Assembly: GCA_963754955.1 (NCBI GenBank)
Contig: CAVWHY010000002.1
Coordinates: forward strand, 14,674-78,673
Source: an uncultured Acidobacteriota bacterium
GTDB taxonomy: Bacteria > Acidobacteriota > Vicinamibacteria > Vicinamibacterales > CAVVIG01
Direction of reading: 5' to 3'
Length of the DNA stretch: 64,000 nt
The notes beneath the pieces are model-generated. The model saw only the letters and a list, made by a program, of their open reading frames with translations. It had not been told where the DNA came from and ran no database searches. Below, piece after piece: positions 27,142 to 39,418 of the stretch (position 1 is the stretch's first letter; each line of letters begins with the position of its first letter). The translations under genes were made by a program, and so were the position numbers.

Positions 27142-28932
27142 ATGGCCGTCCGCATTGGCGAGCTCCTGCTGAAGGAGAAACGCATCACCGCCGACCAGCT
27201 CCAGCAGGCCTTGAACCATCAAAAGGCCAACGGCGGGAAGCTCGGCTACAACCTCGTCAAACTGGGGATCGTCAAGGACGACGAGATCACGGCGCTGCTG
27301 AGCAAGCAGTACGGCGTGCCGTCGATCAACCTCACGCAGTTCGACATCGATCCGGCCGTCATCAAGCTGATTCCCGCGGAGACGGCGCACAAGTATCAGA
27401 TCGTGCCGCTGTCGCGGGCAGGCGCGACGCTGACGATCGCGATGACGGATCCCACCAACGTCTTCGCGATGGACGACATCAAGTTCATGACCGGCTACAA
27501 CGTCGAGCCGGTCGTCGCGTCCGAGACGGCGGTGGTCGAAGCGGTCCTGCGGTACTACCCGACCGGCGGCGCCCCGAAGCCCGTGGGCCAGAGCAAGGCC
27601 GCCGTGCAGTCGGCGCCTCCGACGGCGGGCGGCCCGAGCGCGCTCGACATGGCCACCAAGGGCCTCGAGGAGATGCAGGCGCTTGCCGACACGGGCGACG
27701 TCGAAGTCCTCGAGGAGCTGCAGGAGATCAGCGCCGACGCGCTGGCCAAGCAGGGAGAAGAAGCGCCGGTCGTCCGCCTGGTGAACGTCGTGCTGATGTC
27801 CGCGATTCAGAAGGGCGCCAGCGACATCCACATCGAGCCCTACGAGAAGGAACTGCGCATCCGGTACCGCATCGACGGCATCCTCTACAACATCATGCAG
27901 CCGCCGATGAAGTTCCGCGACGCGATCTCGTCGCGCCTGAAGATCATGGCGAAGCTCGATATCGCGGAGAAGCGCCTGCCGCAGGACGGCCGCATCAAGA
28001 TCCGCTTCAGCGACAACGGCCAGCAGAAGGAAATCGACTTCCGCGTCTCGGTGCTGCCGACGCTCTTCGGCGAGAAGATCGTCATGCGTCTGCTCGACAA
28101 AGACAAGCTGATGCTCGACATGACGAAGCTGGGTTTCGAGCAGGAGTCGCTGACCAAGTTCGAGACGGCGATTCTGCGTCCGTGGGGCATGGTGCTCGTG
28201 ACGGGCCCGACCGGCAGCGGCAAGACGAACACGCTCTACTCGTCGATCTCCAAGGTGAACACGCCGGAAACCAACATCATGACGGCGGAAGATCCGGTGG
28301 AGTTCAACCTGGTCGGCGTCAACCAGGTGCAGATCCGGGAAAACATCGGGCTCAACTTCGCGGCGGCGCTGCGGTCGTTCCTCCGGCAGGACCCGAACAT
28401 CATCCTGGTCGGCGAAATCCGCGACTTCGAGACGGCCGAAATCGCCGTGAAGGCGGCGCTCACGGGGCACCTCGTGCTGTCGACGCTGCACACGAACGAC
28501 GCGCCGAGCACGATCAACCGCCTGATGAACATGGGCATCGAGCCGTTCCTGGTGGCAAGCTCCGTGCATCTGATCTGCGCCCAGCGCCTTTGCCGACGCG
28601 TGTGCGCCAACTGCAAGGAACCGCACCCGACGCCGCCGCCAGCGCTCATCCACGCCGGGTTCACGCAAGAGGAAGCCGAGAAGATCACGCCCATGAAGGG
28701 CAAGGGCTGCGAGCGGTGCAACAACACCGGCTACAAGGGCCGCGTCGGCCTGTACGAGGTGATGGAGGTCAGCGAGGAGCTCCGCGAGCTGATTCTGGTC
28801 GGCGCCTCCGGCCTCGAGTTGCGGCGCAAGGCGATCGACGAAGGAATGATCACGCTCAGGCGCAGCGGCCTGCGCAAGGTGATGGACGGCATGACGTCAG
28901 TGGAAGAAGTGGTCCGGGAGACGGTGAAGTAA
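27142..28932 (+). CDS. pilB: Type IV pilus assembly ATPase PilB (GspE family)
   Basis: 596 aa; N-terminal T2SS-E_N repeats, Walker A GPTGSGKTNTLY, tetracysteine CxxC..CxxC. Confidence 0.93.
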   Translation: MAVRIGELLLKEKRITADQLQQALNHQKANGGKLGYNLVKLGIVKDDEITALLSKQYGVPSINLTQFDIDPAVIKLIPAETAHKYQIVPLSRAGATLTIAMTDPTNVFAMDDIKFMTGYNVEPVVASETAVVEAVLRYYPTGGAPKPVGQSKAAVQSAPPTAGGPSALDMATKGLEEMQALADTGDVEVLEELQEISADALAKQGEEAPVVRLVNVVLMSAIQKGASDIHIEPYEKELRIRYRIDGILYNIMQPPMKFRDAISSRLKIMAKLDIAEKRLPQDGRIKIRFSDNGQQKEIDFRVSVLPTLFGEKIVMRLLDKDKLMLDMTKLGFEQESLTKFETAILRPWGMVLVTGPTGSGKTNTLYSSISKVNTPETNIMTAEDPVEFNLVGVNQVQIRENIGLNFAAALRSFLRQDPNIILVGEIRDFETAEIAVKAALTGHLVLSTLHTNDAPSTINRLMNMGIEPFLVASSVHLICAQRLCRRVCANCKEPHPTPPPALIHAGFTQEEAEKITPMKGKGCERCNNTGYKGRVGLYEVMEVSEELRELILVGASGLELRRKAIDEGMITLRRSGLRKVMDGMTSVEEVVRETVK

Positions 28933-28935
28933 GAC

Positions 28936-28991
28936 GGGCTCGTGGTTCGGGGCTCGCTGCTCGGGGCTGGGGACTAGGGGCTGGGGAGACA
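28936..28991 (+). repeat. Single-arm heptamer array (GGGCTCG/GGGCTGG x8) filling the pilB-pilT spacer
   Basis: gggctcg tggttcg gggctcg ctgctcg gggctgg ggactag gggctgg ggagaca. Confidence 0.75.
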
Positions 28992-28995
28992 AACG

Positions 28996-30123
<1,128 letters not shown>

Positions 30124-30138
30124 TAGGAACGACTAGAT

Positions 30139-31371
30139 ATGGCTAACTTCGCATATTCGGGACGGACGCGCGGCGGAGAGACGGTCAGCGGCGAGCGGAT
30201 CGCCGACACCATGGACGCGGCTGTGGCCGCGCTGCGCCGCGACCAGATCCTGGTCACGCGGATCACGCCGACCAAGGCCAGGGCCGAGGAGAAGGACAAG
30301 GAAAAGGCCAAGGGCGGCGGCGGCAAGACCACCAAGAGGGTGGCCGCCAAGAACCTGGCCGTGTTCACCCGCCAGTTCTCGGTGATGATCGACGCCGGGC
30401 TGCCCCTCGTGCAGTGCCTCGACATCCTGGGCAACCAGGAAGAGGACAAGAATTTCGCCGAGGTCATCCTGCAGACGCGGTCGAGCGTCGAAGGCGGCGC
30501 GGCGCTTGCCGACGCGATGCGGAAATTCCCGAACTCGTTCGACCCGCTCTTCACGAACATGATCGCCGCGGGCGAGGCGGGCGGTATTCTGGATACGATT
30601 CTGAAGCGGCTGGCGGTCTACATCGAGAAGAACGTCAAGCTCAAGGGTCAGGTCAAGTCGGCGATGATCTACCCGATCGCCGTGATCGTCATCGCAGGCG
30701 CGGTGGTGGGCGTCATTCTCTGGAAGGTGATCCCGACATTCGCGGCGATGTTCGCCGGCCTTGGCGCCCAGCTGCCGCTGCCGACCCGCATCGTCATCGC
30801 GCTCAGCGACAACCTGGTGAAGTACGGGCTGTTCGCCATTCCCGTTGTCGGCATCGGGGGATACGCGTTCACGCAGTACTACAAGACGGACGGCGGCCGC
30901 CACGCGGTCGACGCGGTCGCGCTGAAGATGCCGGTGCTCGGCATGCTCCTCCGCAAGATCGCGGTGGCCAGGTTCTGCCGGACGCTCTCGACGCTCATCT
31001 CCTCGGGCGTGCCCATCCTCGATGGCCTGGACATCACGGCGCGCACGTCGGGCAACGCGATCGTCGAGGACGCCATTCTCGAGACGCGGAAGAGCATCGA
31101 GCGCGGCGAGACGATTTCCGCGCCGCTCAAGGAAACCAACGTGTTCCCGTCGATGGTGACCCAGATGATCAGCGTCGGCGAGGCCACGGGCGCGCTCGAC
31201 GCGATGCTCGCGAAGATCGCCGACTTCTACGAAGAGGAAGTCGACGTGGCGGTCGCGGGTATGCTGACGCTGCTCGAACCGATCATGATCGCGTTTCTCG
31301 GTACCGTGGTCGGCGGCATCGTCATCGCGATGTACATGCCGATCTTCGACATGATCAGCAAGCTGACGTAG
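30139..31371 (+). CDS. pilC: Type IV pilus platform protein PilC (GspF family)
   Basis: 410 aa, two T2SS-F repeats, ..FTRQFSVMIDAGLPLVQCLDIL.. and ..FCRTLSTLISSGVPILDGL.. Confidence 0.94.
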   Translation: MANFAYSGRTRGGETVSGERIADTMDAAVAALRRDQILVTRITPTKARAEEKDKEKAKGGGGKTTKRVAAKNLAVFTRQFSVMIDAGLPLVQCLDILGNQEEDKNFAEVILQTRSSVEGGAALADAMRKFPNSFDPLFTNMIAAGEAGGILDTILKRLAVYIEKNVKLKGQVKSAMIYPIAVIVIAGAVVGVILWKVIPTFAAMFAGLGAQLPLPTRIVIALSDNLVKYGLFAIPVVGIGGYAFTQYYKTDGGRHAVDAVALKMPVLGMLLRKIAVARFCRTLSTLISSGVPILDGLDITARTSGNAIVEDAILETRKSIERGETISAPLKETNVFPSMVTQMISVGEATGALDAMLAKIADFYEEEVDVAVAGMLTLLEPIMIAFLGTVVGGIVIAMYMPIFDMISKLT

Positions 31372-33032
31372 TGGACCCCAAGACGCCCGCGAGCGACCTG
31401 CGGCGCAAGCTCCGGTGGCTGATCGCCATCCGCGCTGTGATCAGCACCGCGCTGCTGGGGTCGGCGACGTTCGCCCAGATCACCGCGCCCGGGTCGTTCC
31501 CGGTCGACCCGTTCTTCTTCCTGATCGGCCTCACGTATGCGCTGACGGCGGCCTACGCGGCGACGCTGCGGCTGGCCGAAGGCCGCCGGTGGATCATCGA
31601 CGTGCAGCTGGCCGCCGACGCGCTGATCGTCTCGGCCTTCATCTACTTCACGGGCGGCATCACCAGCTATTTCTCGTCGCTCTACGTCCTGCCGATCGTG
31701 GCGGCGTCGGTGGTGCAGTTCCGGCGCGGCGGCCTCCTCGTGGCGACGTTGAGCGCGGTGCTGTACGGCGGGGTGGTGCTGGCGCAGTACCTCACGGCTG
31801 CCGGCTACGTGCACGACCCCTGGCTGGTGTCGCCGGTGCTGCCGCCGCGGTCGGTCGCGCAGTACACCTACCTGCTCAACGCGTTCGGGTTCTTCGCGGT
31901 CGCGCTGCTCAGCGGATCGCTCGCCGATCGTGTCAGGAGTACCGGGGCGCGGCTCGAACAGGCCTCCCACCAGATCGCCGATCTGCAGGCGCTCAACCAG
32001 CACGTGATCGACAGCCTGCCGAGCGGACTGGCGACGACCGACAACACCGGCCGGATTCTGACATTCAACCGCGCCGCGGAGAACATCACCGGCCGCTCGT
32101 CCGCGTCGGTGGCCGGCCGGCCGATCGCCGAAGTGCTCCACCTCCCCGAGGACGCGGTGGGGGCCCTGGCGCCGGAACTGGATGCCGGCCGCGCGCGCCG
32201 CATGGAATCGCACTACATGCGGGCGGGCCAGCACGTCGAAATCGGCCTCAGCATCGCCTACCTGCAGACGCCGGGCGGGCGGGCCGGATACCTCGTGACG
32301 TTCCAGGACGTCACCGACATCAAGAAGCTCGAGCGCGACGCGCGCCTGCAGCAGCGCCTCGCCGCTGTCGGCGAGATGGCCGCGGGCATCGCGCACGAAA
32401 TCCGGAATCCCCTCGCCTCGATGTCCGGATCCATTCAGATTCTTCGCCACGAACTGCCCCTGAGCGCGGAGCAGAGCCAGCTCATGGACATCGTGCTGCG
32501 CGAATCCGAGCGCCTGAACACCACTATCGGATCGTTCCTCGCGTACGCGCGGCCGCAGCGGTTCGCCGTCTCGCGACACGACGTGCGCCGGGCGCTGAAC
32601 GACGCGGCGCTGCTGCTGCGCAATTCCGCCGAGGTCCAGGAAGGCCATGTCATCGACGTGGACGTGCCGGCCTCGGAGCTGTGGTACGAAGCAGACGAAG
32701 GGCAGATCAAACAGATCGTCTGGAACCTCGCCTCGAACGGCCTGCGCGCCATGCCAACGGGAGGGCGCCTGAAGTTGATCGGCGGGTACGACGAGTCCGC
32801 CGACGGCGTCGTGATCACCGTGCAGGACGAGGGCATCGGCATTCAGCCCGAGGAGCTCGACGGCCTCTTTCAGCCGTTTCACGGGCGATTCAGCCAGGGC
32901 AGCGGCCTCGGGCTGGCGATCGTGCATCGCATCGTGACCGACTACAACGGCGAGATTAAGGTCAGCTCGCAGCCGAGCCGCGGCACGACCGTGGCCGTGC
33001 ATCTGCCGGCACGGGCCGCGGTGGTGACATAG
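31371..33032 (+). CDS. pilS: PilS-like sensor histidine kinase
   Basis: The GTG overlaps the pilC stop. Multi-TM N-terminus, PAS, HisKA (MAAGIAHEIRNPL), HATPase_c (GSGLGLAIV). Sits between pilC and the sigma54 regulator. Confidence 0.85.
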   Translation: MDPKTPASDLRRKLRWLIAIRAVISTALLGSATFAQITAPGSFPVDPFFFLIGLTYALTAAYAATLRLAEGRRWIIDVQLAADALIVSAFIYFTGGITSYFSSLYVLPIVAASVVQFRRGGLLVATLSAVLYGGVVLAQYLTAAGYVHDPWLVSPVLPPRSVAQYTYLLNAFGFFAVALLSGSLADRVRSTGARLEQASHQIADLQALNQHVIDSLPSGLATTDNTGRILTFNRAAENITGRSSASVAGRPIAEVLHLPEDAVGALAPELDAGRARRMESHYMRAGQHVEIGLSIAYLQTPGGRAGYLVTFQDVTDIKKLERDARLQQRLAAVGEMAAGIAHEIRNPLASMSGSIQILRHELPLSAEQSQLMDIVLRESERLNTTIGSFLAYARPQRFAVSRHDVRRALNDAALLLRNSAEVQEGHVIDVDVPASELWYEADEGQIKQIVWNLASNGLRAMPTGGRLKLIGGYDESADGVVITVQDEGIGIQPEELDGLFQPFHGRFSQGSGLGLAIVHRIVTDYNGEIKVSSQPSRGTTVAVHLPARAAVVT

Positions 33033-33035
33033 GAC

Positions 33036-34457
<1,422 letters not shown>

Positions 34458-34478
34458 CATTCTCTCGTCCTACATAGA

Positions 34479-34493
34479 GACAGTAATTGTCAG
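34479..34493 (+). promoter_or_regulatory. Candidate enhancer (PilR-type) site, GACA-N5-TGTC inverted repeat
   Basis: gacagtaattgtcag, about 90 nt upstream of the sigma54 promoter of pilin 1. Related ATTGTCA motifs occur at 35293 and 27109. Confidence 0.35.
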
Positions 34494-34580
34494 TTGCTGC
34501 TGATGCTGCGCGCTGGCTGGGCAGCCAAGAATCGAGGTAACTCGTGTTCCGACAACAGCTTGACGGTTAAGCCCAGCCGC

Positions 34581-34596
34581 TGGCACCCCCGTTGCT
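34581..34596 (+). promoter_or_regulatory. Sigma54 (-24/-12) promoter of pilin gene 1
   Basis: TGGCAC-ccccg-TTGCT, canonical TGGCAC-N5-TTGC spacing, 77 nt upstream of ATG 34673. A sigma54 activator gene is adjacent. Confidence 0.8.
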
Positions 34597-34672
34597 CAAG
34601 AGGTAGGCACGACATGCCTGCGACTGGGCTGCCGTTACAACATTCGGTTTGAAGGATTGAAGGGGAGAGAAG

Positions 34673-35173
34673 ATGCGAACGAACCAGAAGGGCTTCACAC
34701 TCATCGAGCTGCTGATCGTGGTTGCAATCATCGGCATCATCGCGGCGATCGCGGTGCCTGGCCTGCTCCGCGCCCGCATGTCGGGCAACGAGGCGTCGGC
34801 CATCGGGTCGATGCGCGCCATCAACACCTCACAGCAGAACTACTCGCAGCAGTGCAACGGCTACTCGCCGAGCCTCACCGAGCTGCGCGTCGCCGGCAAC
34901 TTCCTGTCGCCCGACCTCACGAGCGCGGCGTCGGTGGCGAAGAGCGGCTTCACGGTGACGATGGTGCAGGCGTCCACGGGCTCGGCCATCCCGGCGCCCC
35001 CGGCGGGCTGCACGGGCACGACGACCAACTACTACGCGACGGCGGTTCCGCTCTCGTTCGGCTCGACCGGCACGCGGTCGTTCGCGACGACGGAGCAGGG
35101 CACGATCTTCTACACCAGCGCCGCCGCGGCTCCGGCCGACCCGATTCCGGCCGCTGCGACCCCGATTCAGTAA
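34673..35173 (+). CDS. pilA: Type IV pilin (major pilin candidate), copy 1
   Basis: MRTNQKG|FTLIELLIVVAIIGIIAAIAVP: class III signal with G-F cleavage and E+5. 166 aa, two Cys. Confidence 0.92.
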   Translation: MRTNQKGFTLIELLIVVAIIGIIAAIAVPGLLRARMSGNEASAIGSMRAINTSQQNYSQQCNGYSPSLTELRVAGNFLSPDLTSAASVAKSGFTVTMVQASTGSAIPAPPAGCTGTTTNYYATAVPLSFGSTGTRSFATTEQGTIFYTSAAAAPADPIPAAATPIQ

Positions 35174-35196
35174 CCGTAGGACCGCTTCTTCTCCCA

Positions 35197-35236
35197 CCGG
35201 CATGGCTTCGCAAGGGGCCATGCCGGTTTCCATTTT
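35197..35236 (+). terminator. Rho-independent terminator after pilin 1
   Basis: ccggcatggc-loop-gccatgccgg followed by TTTCCATTTT. Confidence 0.8.
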
Positions 35237-35269
35237 GGGACACCCAGGGAGGCAATCCCTGACACTCGC

Positions 35270-35302
35270 TGTCAATCCGGGCAGTCACAAATTGTCAATC
35301 CG
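35270..35302 (+). promoter_or_regulatory. Direct repeat TGTCAATCCG x2 (23-nt spacing), candidate enhancer for pilin 2
   Basis: tgtcaatccg at 35270-35279 and 35293-35302, with a related ggcaatccc at 35251. They lie 70-100 nt upstream of the second sigma54 promoter. Confidence 0.4.
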
Positions 35303-35371
35303 CGGTGATTCCGGTCCTGTAATTTCGTTCTAAACACCTGAATTATAGGCATTTAATAGAAACACCGCCTC

Positions 35372-35387
35372 TGGCATACCCGTTGCT
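35372..35387 (+). promoter_or_regulatory. Sigma54 (-24/-12) promoter of pilin gene 2
   Basis: TGGCAT-acccg-TTGCT, followed by GGCACGAC as in copy 1. Confidence 0.78.
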
Positions 35388-35468
35388 CCTTGGCTGGGCA
35401 CGACGACGCCAACCGAGCACAGTCGTAATGGAACACTTTCAGTTACTGAGATGAAGGAGAACAGACCG

Positions 35469-35969
35469 ATGCGAACGAATCAGAAAGGTTTCACGTTGAT
35501 CGAGCTGTTGATCGTGGTTGCGATCATCGGCATCATCGCGGCGATCGCGGTGCCTGGCCTGCTCCGCGCCCGCATGTCGGGCAACGAGGCGTCGGCCATC
35601 GGGTCGATGCGCGCCATCAACACCTCGCAGCAGAACTACTCGCAGCAGTGCAACGGCTACTCGCCCAGCCTGACGGAGCTGCGCGTGGCCGGCAACTTCC
35701 TGTCGCCCGACCTGACGAGCGCAGCGTCGGTGGCGAAGAGCGGCTTCACGGTGACGATGGTCCAGTCGTCACTGGGCGCGGCGATCCCGGCGCCCCCGGC
35801 GGGCTGCACGGGCACCACGACCAACTACTACGCGACGGCGGTTCCGCTCTCGTTCGGTTCGACCGGCACGCGGTCGTTCGCGACGACGGAGCAGGGCACG
35901 ATCTTCTACACCAGCACCGCCGCCGCCCCGGCGGATCCGATTCCCGCCGCTGCGACCCCGATTCAGTAA
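35469..35969 (+). CDS. pilA: Type IV pilin, copy 2 (tandem paralogue, about 96% identical protein)
   Basis: Same 166-aa protein apart from QASTGSAI>QSSLGAAI and SAAAAP>STAAAP. AAGGAGA Shine-Dalgarno 8 nt before ATG 35469; the track ORF starts earlier at 35451. Confidence 0.9.
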   Translation: MRTNQKGFTLIELLIVVAIIGIIAAIAVPGLLRARMSGNEASAIGSMRAINTSQQNYSQQCNGYSPSLTELRVAGNFLSPDLTSAASVAKSGFTVTMVQSSLGAAIPAPPAGCTGTTTNYYATAVPLSFGSTGTRSFATTEQGTIFYTSTAAAPADPIPAAATPIQ

Positions 35970-35990
35970 CGCTTCGCGTTTTCACAATCA

Positions 35991-36034
35991 CCGGCATGGT
36001 TCCGCAAGGAGCCATGCCGGTTTCTTTTTTGTTT
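35991..36034. terminator. Rho-independent terminator after pilin 2 (bidirectional position)
   Basis: ccggcatgg-loop-ccatgccgg then TTTCTTTTTTGTTT. A convergent gene ends at 36042. Confidence 0.85.
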
Positions 36035-36041
36035 GGGGGAT

Positions 36042-37067
36042 CTACTTGCCGCGTGAGGATGCTGCCGCTTCGGCCGCCTTCTTCTCCTCGAGCCGGGCGC
36101 CGACGAGCGTGTTGTAAAGGCCGTAGTTCCCTTCGTGGCAGGCGTGCTCGAACAGCGGTCCCGTCGTCGTCACCATGGGCATTTCCGCGGTCCACGGCCG
36201 TGTCCACGTCGAGGGATCCTCGACCGTGAAGCTGTATTGGATGGCGTCGGGGGAGACGCGCGTGAACCGCTCCGTCACGCGCATGTTCGCGCTCGAGCCT
36301 TCGAGCGGATTCTTGCCGTTGAAGTTGGTGGTCTCGACGACCAGGGTGTTGCCGTCCCACCGCCCATGCGACAGCCCGATCCATTGCCGGATATTGCCGG
36401 GGGACTGTGCAGCGGCGTCGAGGGGAATGATGCGGACGTCGTGAATCATCTCCGTGAGAATCATGACGTGGCCCGGGGCCTGGACGATCTGATAGTTGGC
36501 GTTGTACGCGGAGTTCAGCATGGGCGGCCCGGAGCCCACCATGATGATGCACCGGTCGTCGAGCTGGTTGCTCTGCGCCGAGTCCCACCGCCCGACGCGC
36601 TTGGCGAGTTCCGCGGCTTCCGCGGCGCGCTTCTGCCCCTCGGCCGACAGCGGCGGCAGGCGGCCGTCTTCCGGATCCACGATCAACGAGGTGCGCAGAT
36701 TGCGGGCGAGTTTCGACTGGCTCTTGTCGAGTCCGAACTGGCTGAAGTCGTAGTGCACGTCGGCGACGGTTCCGGGCGTCGTCAGCTCGTTCTCGCTGGC
36801 GGCGGCGCGTTTCTCGGCTTCCATCGCTTCTGCCGCCGTATAGAACGCCTTGGTCACGCCCTTCGGCCGCTGGAGCGGCGTGTAGGTCGAGTTGGTCCAG
36901 AACCCCTGGATGTCCGGCTGCCCGTCCGGCGTGCGCGGGGGCGCGTAGGGCTTCGCCGGCTGGCTCACTTTCGTTGGAGCGGGTGGCGCCTGGCCAGCGA
37001 TTGTGACGGACAGCGGCGACATAACGACCGTCACCAGACCGACGCAGGCGAGCAATGGACGAGTCAT
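36042..37067 (-). CDS. Secreted conserved hypothetical protein
   Basis: 341 aa, signal peptide MTRPLLACVGLVTVVMSPLSVTIAGQ, high GC3, C-terminal motif FEHACHEGNYG. No family recognised. Confidence 0.65.
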   Translation of the reverse strand: MTRPLLACVGLVTVVMSPLSVTIAGQAPPAPTKVSQPAKPYAPPRTPDGQPDIQGFWTNSTYTPLQRPKGVTKAFYTAAEAMEAEKRAAASENELTTPGTVADVHYDFSQFGLDKSQSKLARNLRTSLIVDPEDGRLPPLSAEGQKRAAEAAELAKRVGRWDSAQSNQLDDRCIIMVGSGPPMLNSAYNANYQIVQAPGHVMILTEMIHDVRIIPLDAAAQSPGNIRQWIGLSHGRWDGNTLVVETTNFNGKNPLEGSSANMRVTERFTRVSPDAIQYSFTVEDPSTWTRPWTAEMPMVTTTGPLFEHACHEGNYGLYNTLVGARLEEKKAAEAAASSRGK

Positions 37068-37210
37068 GGAAATCTCCTGGCTGGCTGGATCCGGCTCCCG
37101 CTCAATTCGCCTATCATACCCGCCCGGCTGGAGCGGGGGGATGCCCGGCCGGAGCTATAATCGGCGCGTTCCCGGGGGGCAGGCCCGGTCTTGTTCTGGA
37201 GGTTGCGGCA

Positions 37211-38302
37211 ATGAAGCGAAGTCTGACGTTCTCGCTCACGCTCGTCGCGATGGTCGGCGCGCTGTCGCTGATGTTCGCTCCGCTCTCGCGGCCCGTGTCG
37301 GCGCAGAGCAAGGCCACAGCGGCGAACGTCCCCGTGATTCCGCACGAAGCGGTGCCCAATTTCTTCAAGAACGCGCCCGGCATCTACACCGGCGAGAACA
37401 TGGGCATCGCCACGAACTCGAAGGGCAACATCTACATCTACCACCGCGCGTACGAGACACGCCTGTTCGAGTACTCGCCGCAAGGCAACTTCACGCGCGA
37501 GATCGGACGCAACAACTACGGCTTCGGCTTCGCGCACTCGGTGCGCGTGGACGCCGACGACAACATCTGGGCCGTTGACGAAGGCACCGACATGCTGGTC
37601 AAGTTCAGTCCGGAGGGCCGGGTGCTGATGACGATCGGCCGCCGCGAAGATCCCGTGGCGATGCTCTCGAACATGCCCGGCGCAGGCGCGTTTCACGGCC
37701 GCAACGAGAAGTACCGGTTCGGACGGGAGACAGACGTCGCGTGGGATCAACAAGGCAACATCTTCGTGCCCGACGGCTACAGCGACGCGCGCGTCGTGAA
37801 GTTCGACAAGAACGGGCGGTTCATCAAGGCGGTCGGCACGCGGGGGAACGGCAACCTGCAGTTCAACACGCCGCACTCGATCGCGACCGATTTTCAGGGA
37901 AACGTCTATGTCGCCGACCGCGGCAACGCGCGCATCCAGGTGCTCGACAACGATCTGAACTGGAAGGCGAACTACACGAACGTGGGCAATCCGTGGGCGG
38001 TGTGCGTGTCCGGCGGCCCGGGCCCGAAGAATCCCGGGAAGCAGTACCTCTACGCGTCCAACTCCTGGCCCGACAGCGCGCCCGCAGCCGCCGCGGAGTT
38101 CACCGGCGAGATCTACAAGATGGAGCTCGACGGGACGATCATCGGCAAGTTCGGCCGCGGCGGAAAGGCCCCCGGTGAGTTCGCGACCACCCATCAGATG
38201 GACTGCCGCGACCCCAACGTGATCTACACCGCCGAGATCAACAACTGGCGCTCGCAGAAGATTCTGCTGAAGCCCCAGGCCGTGAAGTCGACCGCGAACT
38301 AG
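37211..38302 (+). CDS. NHL-repeat beta-propeller protein (secreted)
   Basis: Signal peptide MKRSLTFSLTLVAMVGALSLMFAP; repeated ..G.F..PH.IA.D..GNVYVADRGNARIQV.D.. NHL motifs. ATG 37211 lies inside track ORF 37055-38302. Confidence 0.82.
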   Translation: MKRSLTFSLTLVAMVGALSLMFAPLSRPVSAQSKATAANVPVIPHEAVPNFFKNAPGIYTGENMGIATNSKGNIYIYHRAYETRLFEYSPQGNFTREIGRNNYGFGFAHSVRVDADDNIWAVDEGTDMLVKFSPEGRVLMTIGRREDPVAMLSNMPGAGAFHGRNEKYRFGRETDVAWDQQGNIFVPDGYSDARVVKFDKNGRFIKAVGTRGNGNLQFNTPHSIATDFQGNVYVADRGNARIQVLDNDLNWKANYTNVGNPWAVCVSGGPGPKNPGKQYLYASNSWPDSAPAAAAEFTGEIYKMELDGTIIGKFGRGGKAPGEFATTHQMDCRDPNVIYTAEINNWRSQKILLKPQAVKSTAN

Positions 38303-38311
38303 GAGACGCCC

Positions 38312-39418
38312 ATGAAGCGAACACCACGAACACTCCTGGCGTGTGCGGCGGCTGCAGTCCTCGCGCTCGGTGCGTCGCTCTTGGCGCAGTCCGTGCGGGA
38401 CATCTCCTTCGACGCGACGGACCTGCTGAAGACGCCGCTCGACACGTTCGTCGGCGAAGTCGGCGGCGTCGGACAGAATTCGAAGGGCCAGATTTTCGTC
38501 TACACGCGGACGGGCCACCCTTATGCGACCATCGGCGACAACCGGACGTTCGCGCGCGGCGGCTCGCGGCTGTTCCAGTTCGACAAGACCGGCAAGTTCG
38601 AGCGTGAGCTGGGCCAGATGGTCTATGGCTTCAACGCCGCGATCGGCCTGCGTGTCGATCCGCAGGACAACGTCTGGACGATAGACGAGGCGGCCAGCCA
38701 GGTCGTCAAATTCGACACGGAAGGGCGCGTCGCCCTTGTCCTCGGACGGAAGCCCGAGGCGATTAACGTCCGCCCCGCGGCGGGCCGCGGTGGGCCGGGT
38801 GGCGGCGATGGTGAAGGCGGCGGTCGTGGCGGGCGTGGCGGCGCCGCCGGCCCGCCCGGATCGGGCATTCCAGGCTCCACGTTCAACCGTCCCACGGATG
38901 TCGCGTGGGATCGGGCCGGCAACATCTACATCGCGGACGGCATCGGCAACACGAACCGCATCGCCAAGTTCGACAAGAACGGCAACTTCGTCAGGCAGTG
39001 GGGATCGACCGGGGCGGGGAACGGCCAGTTCGCCGGCGTGAAGAGCCTGGCGGTCGACGCGCAAGGCAACGTGTACGCGGCCGACATCGGCAATAAACGG
39101 ATTCAGGTGTTCGACGCCGACGGCAACTTCAAGTCGCAGTTCGGCAACATCGGCACGCCGCTCACGATGTGCATGACGACGGGCGCGACGCAGTACCTCT
39201 ACGTCTCGCACTCAGGCGATCCCGACGGCATGGAAGACGCCGCCATCTACAAGGTCCAGCTCGACGGACAGATCGTGGGCAAGTTCGGCGCGGCCGGCAA
39301 GCTGCCGAAACAGTTCGGCCTGGCCAACTCGATCGACTGCCGCAACGAGAACGAGCTGCTCGTGGGCGAGATGACGAACTGGCGCGTGCAGAAAGTCACC
39401 CTGAGAGCGGCCCGTTAA
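38312..39418 (+). CDS. NHL-repeat beta-propeller protein (secreted), paralogue
   Basis: 368 aa, signal peptide, ..RPTDVAWDRAGNIYIADGIGNTNRIAKFDKNG..GQF..VKSLAVDAQGNVYAADIGNKRIQVFD..; Gly-rich insert. Confidence 0.82.
   Translation: MKRTPRTLLACAAAAVLALGASLLAQSVRDISFDATDLLKTPLDTFVGEVGGVGQNSKGQIFVYTRTGHPYATIGDNRTFARGGSRLFQFDKTGKFERELGQMVYGFNAAIGLRVDPQDNVWTIDEAASQVVKFDTEGRVALVLGRKPEAINVRPAAGRGGPGGGDGEGGGRGGRGGAAGPPGSGIPGSTFNRPTDVAWDRAGNIYIADGIGNTNRIAKFDKNGNFVRQWGSTGAGNGQFAGVKSLAVDAQGNVYAADIGNKRIQVFDADGNFKSQFGNIGTPLTMCMTTGATQYLYVSHSGDPDGMEDAAIYKVQLDGQIVGKFGAAGKLPKQFGLANSIDCRNENELLVGEMTNWRVQKVTLRAAR

Noticed and set aside
37156-37161. A perfect TATAAT hexamer in the divergent spacer before the first NHL gene.
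   Set aside because: No acceptable -35 or TG extension lies at the right spacing. It is notable in a high-GC spacer but insufficient to call a promoter.
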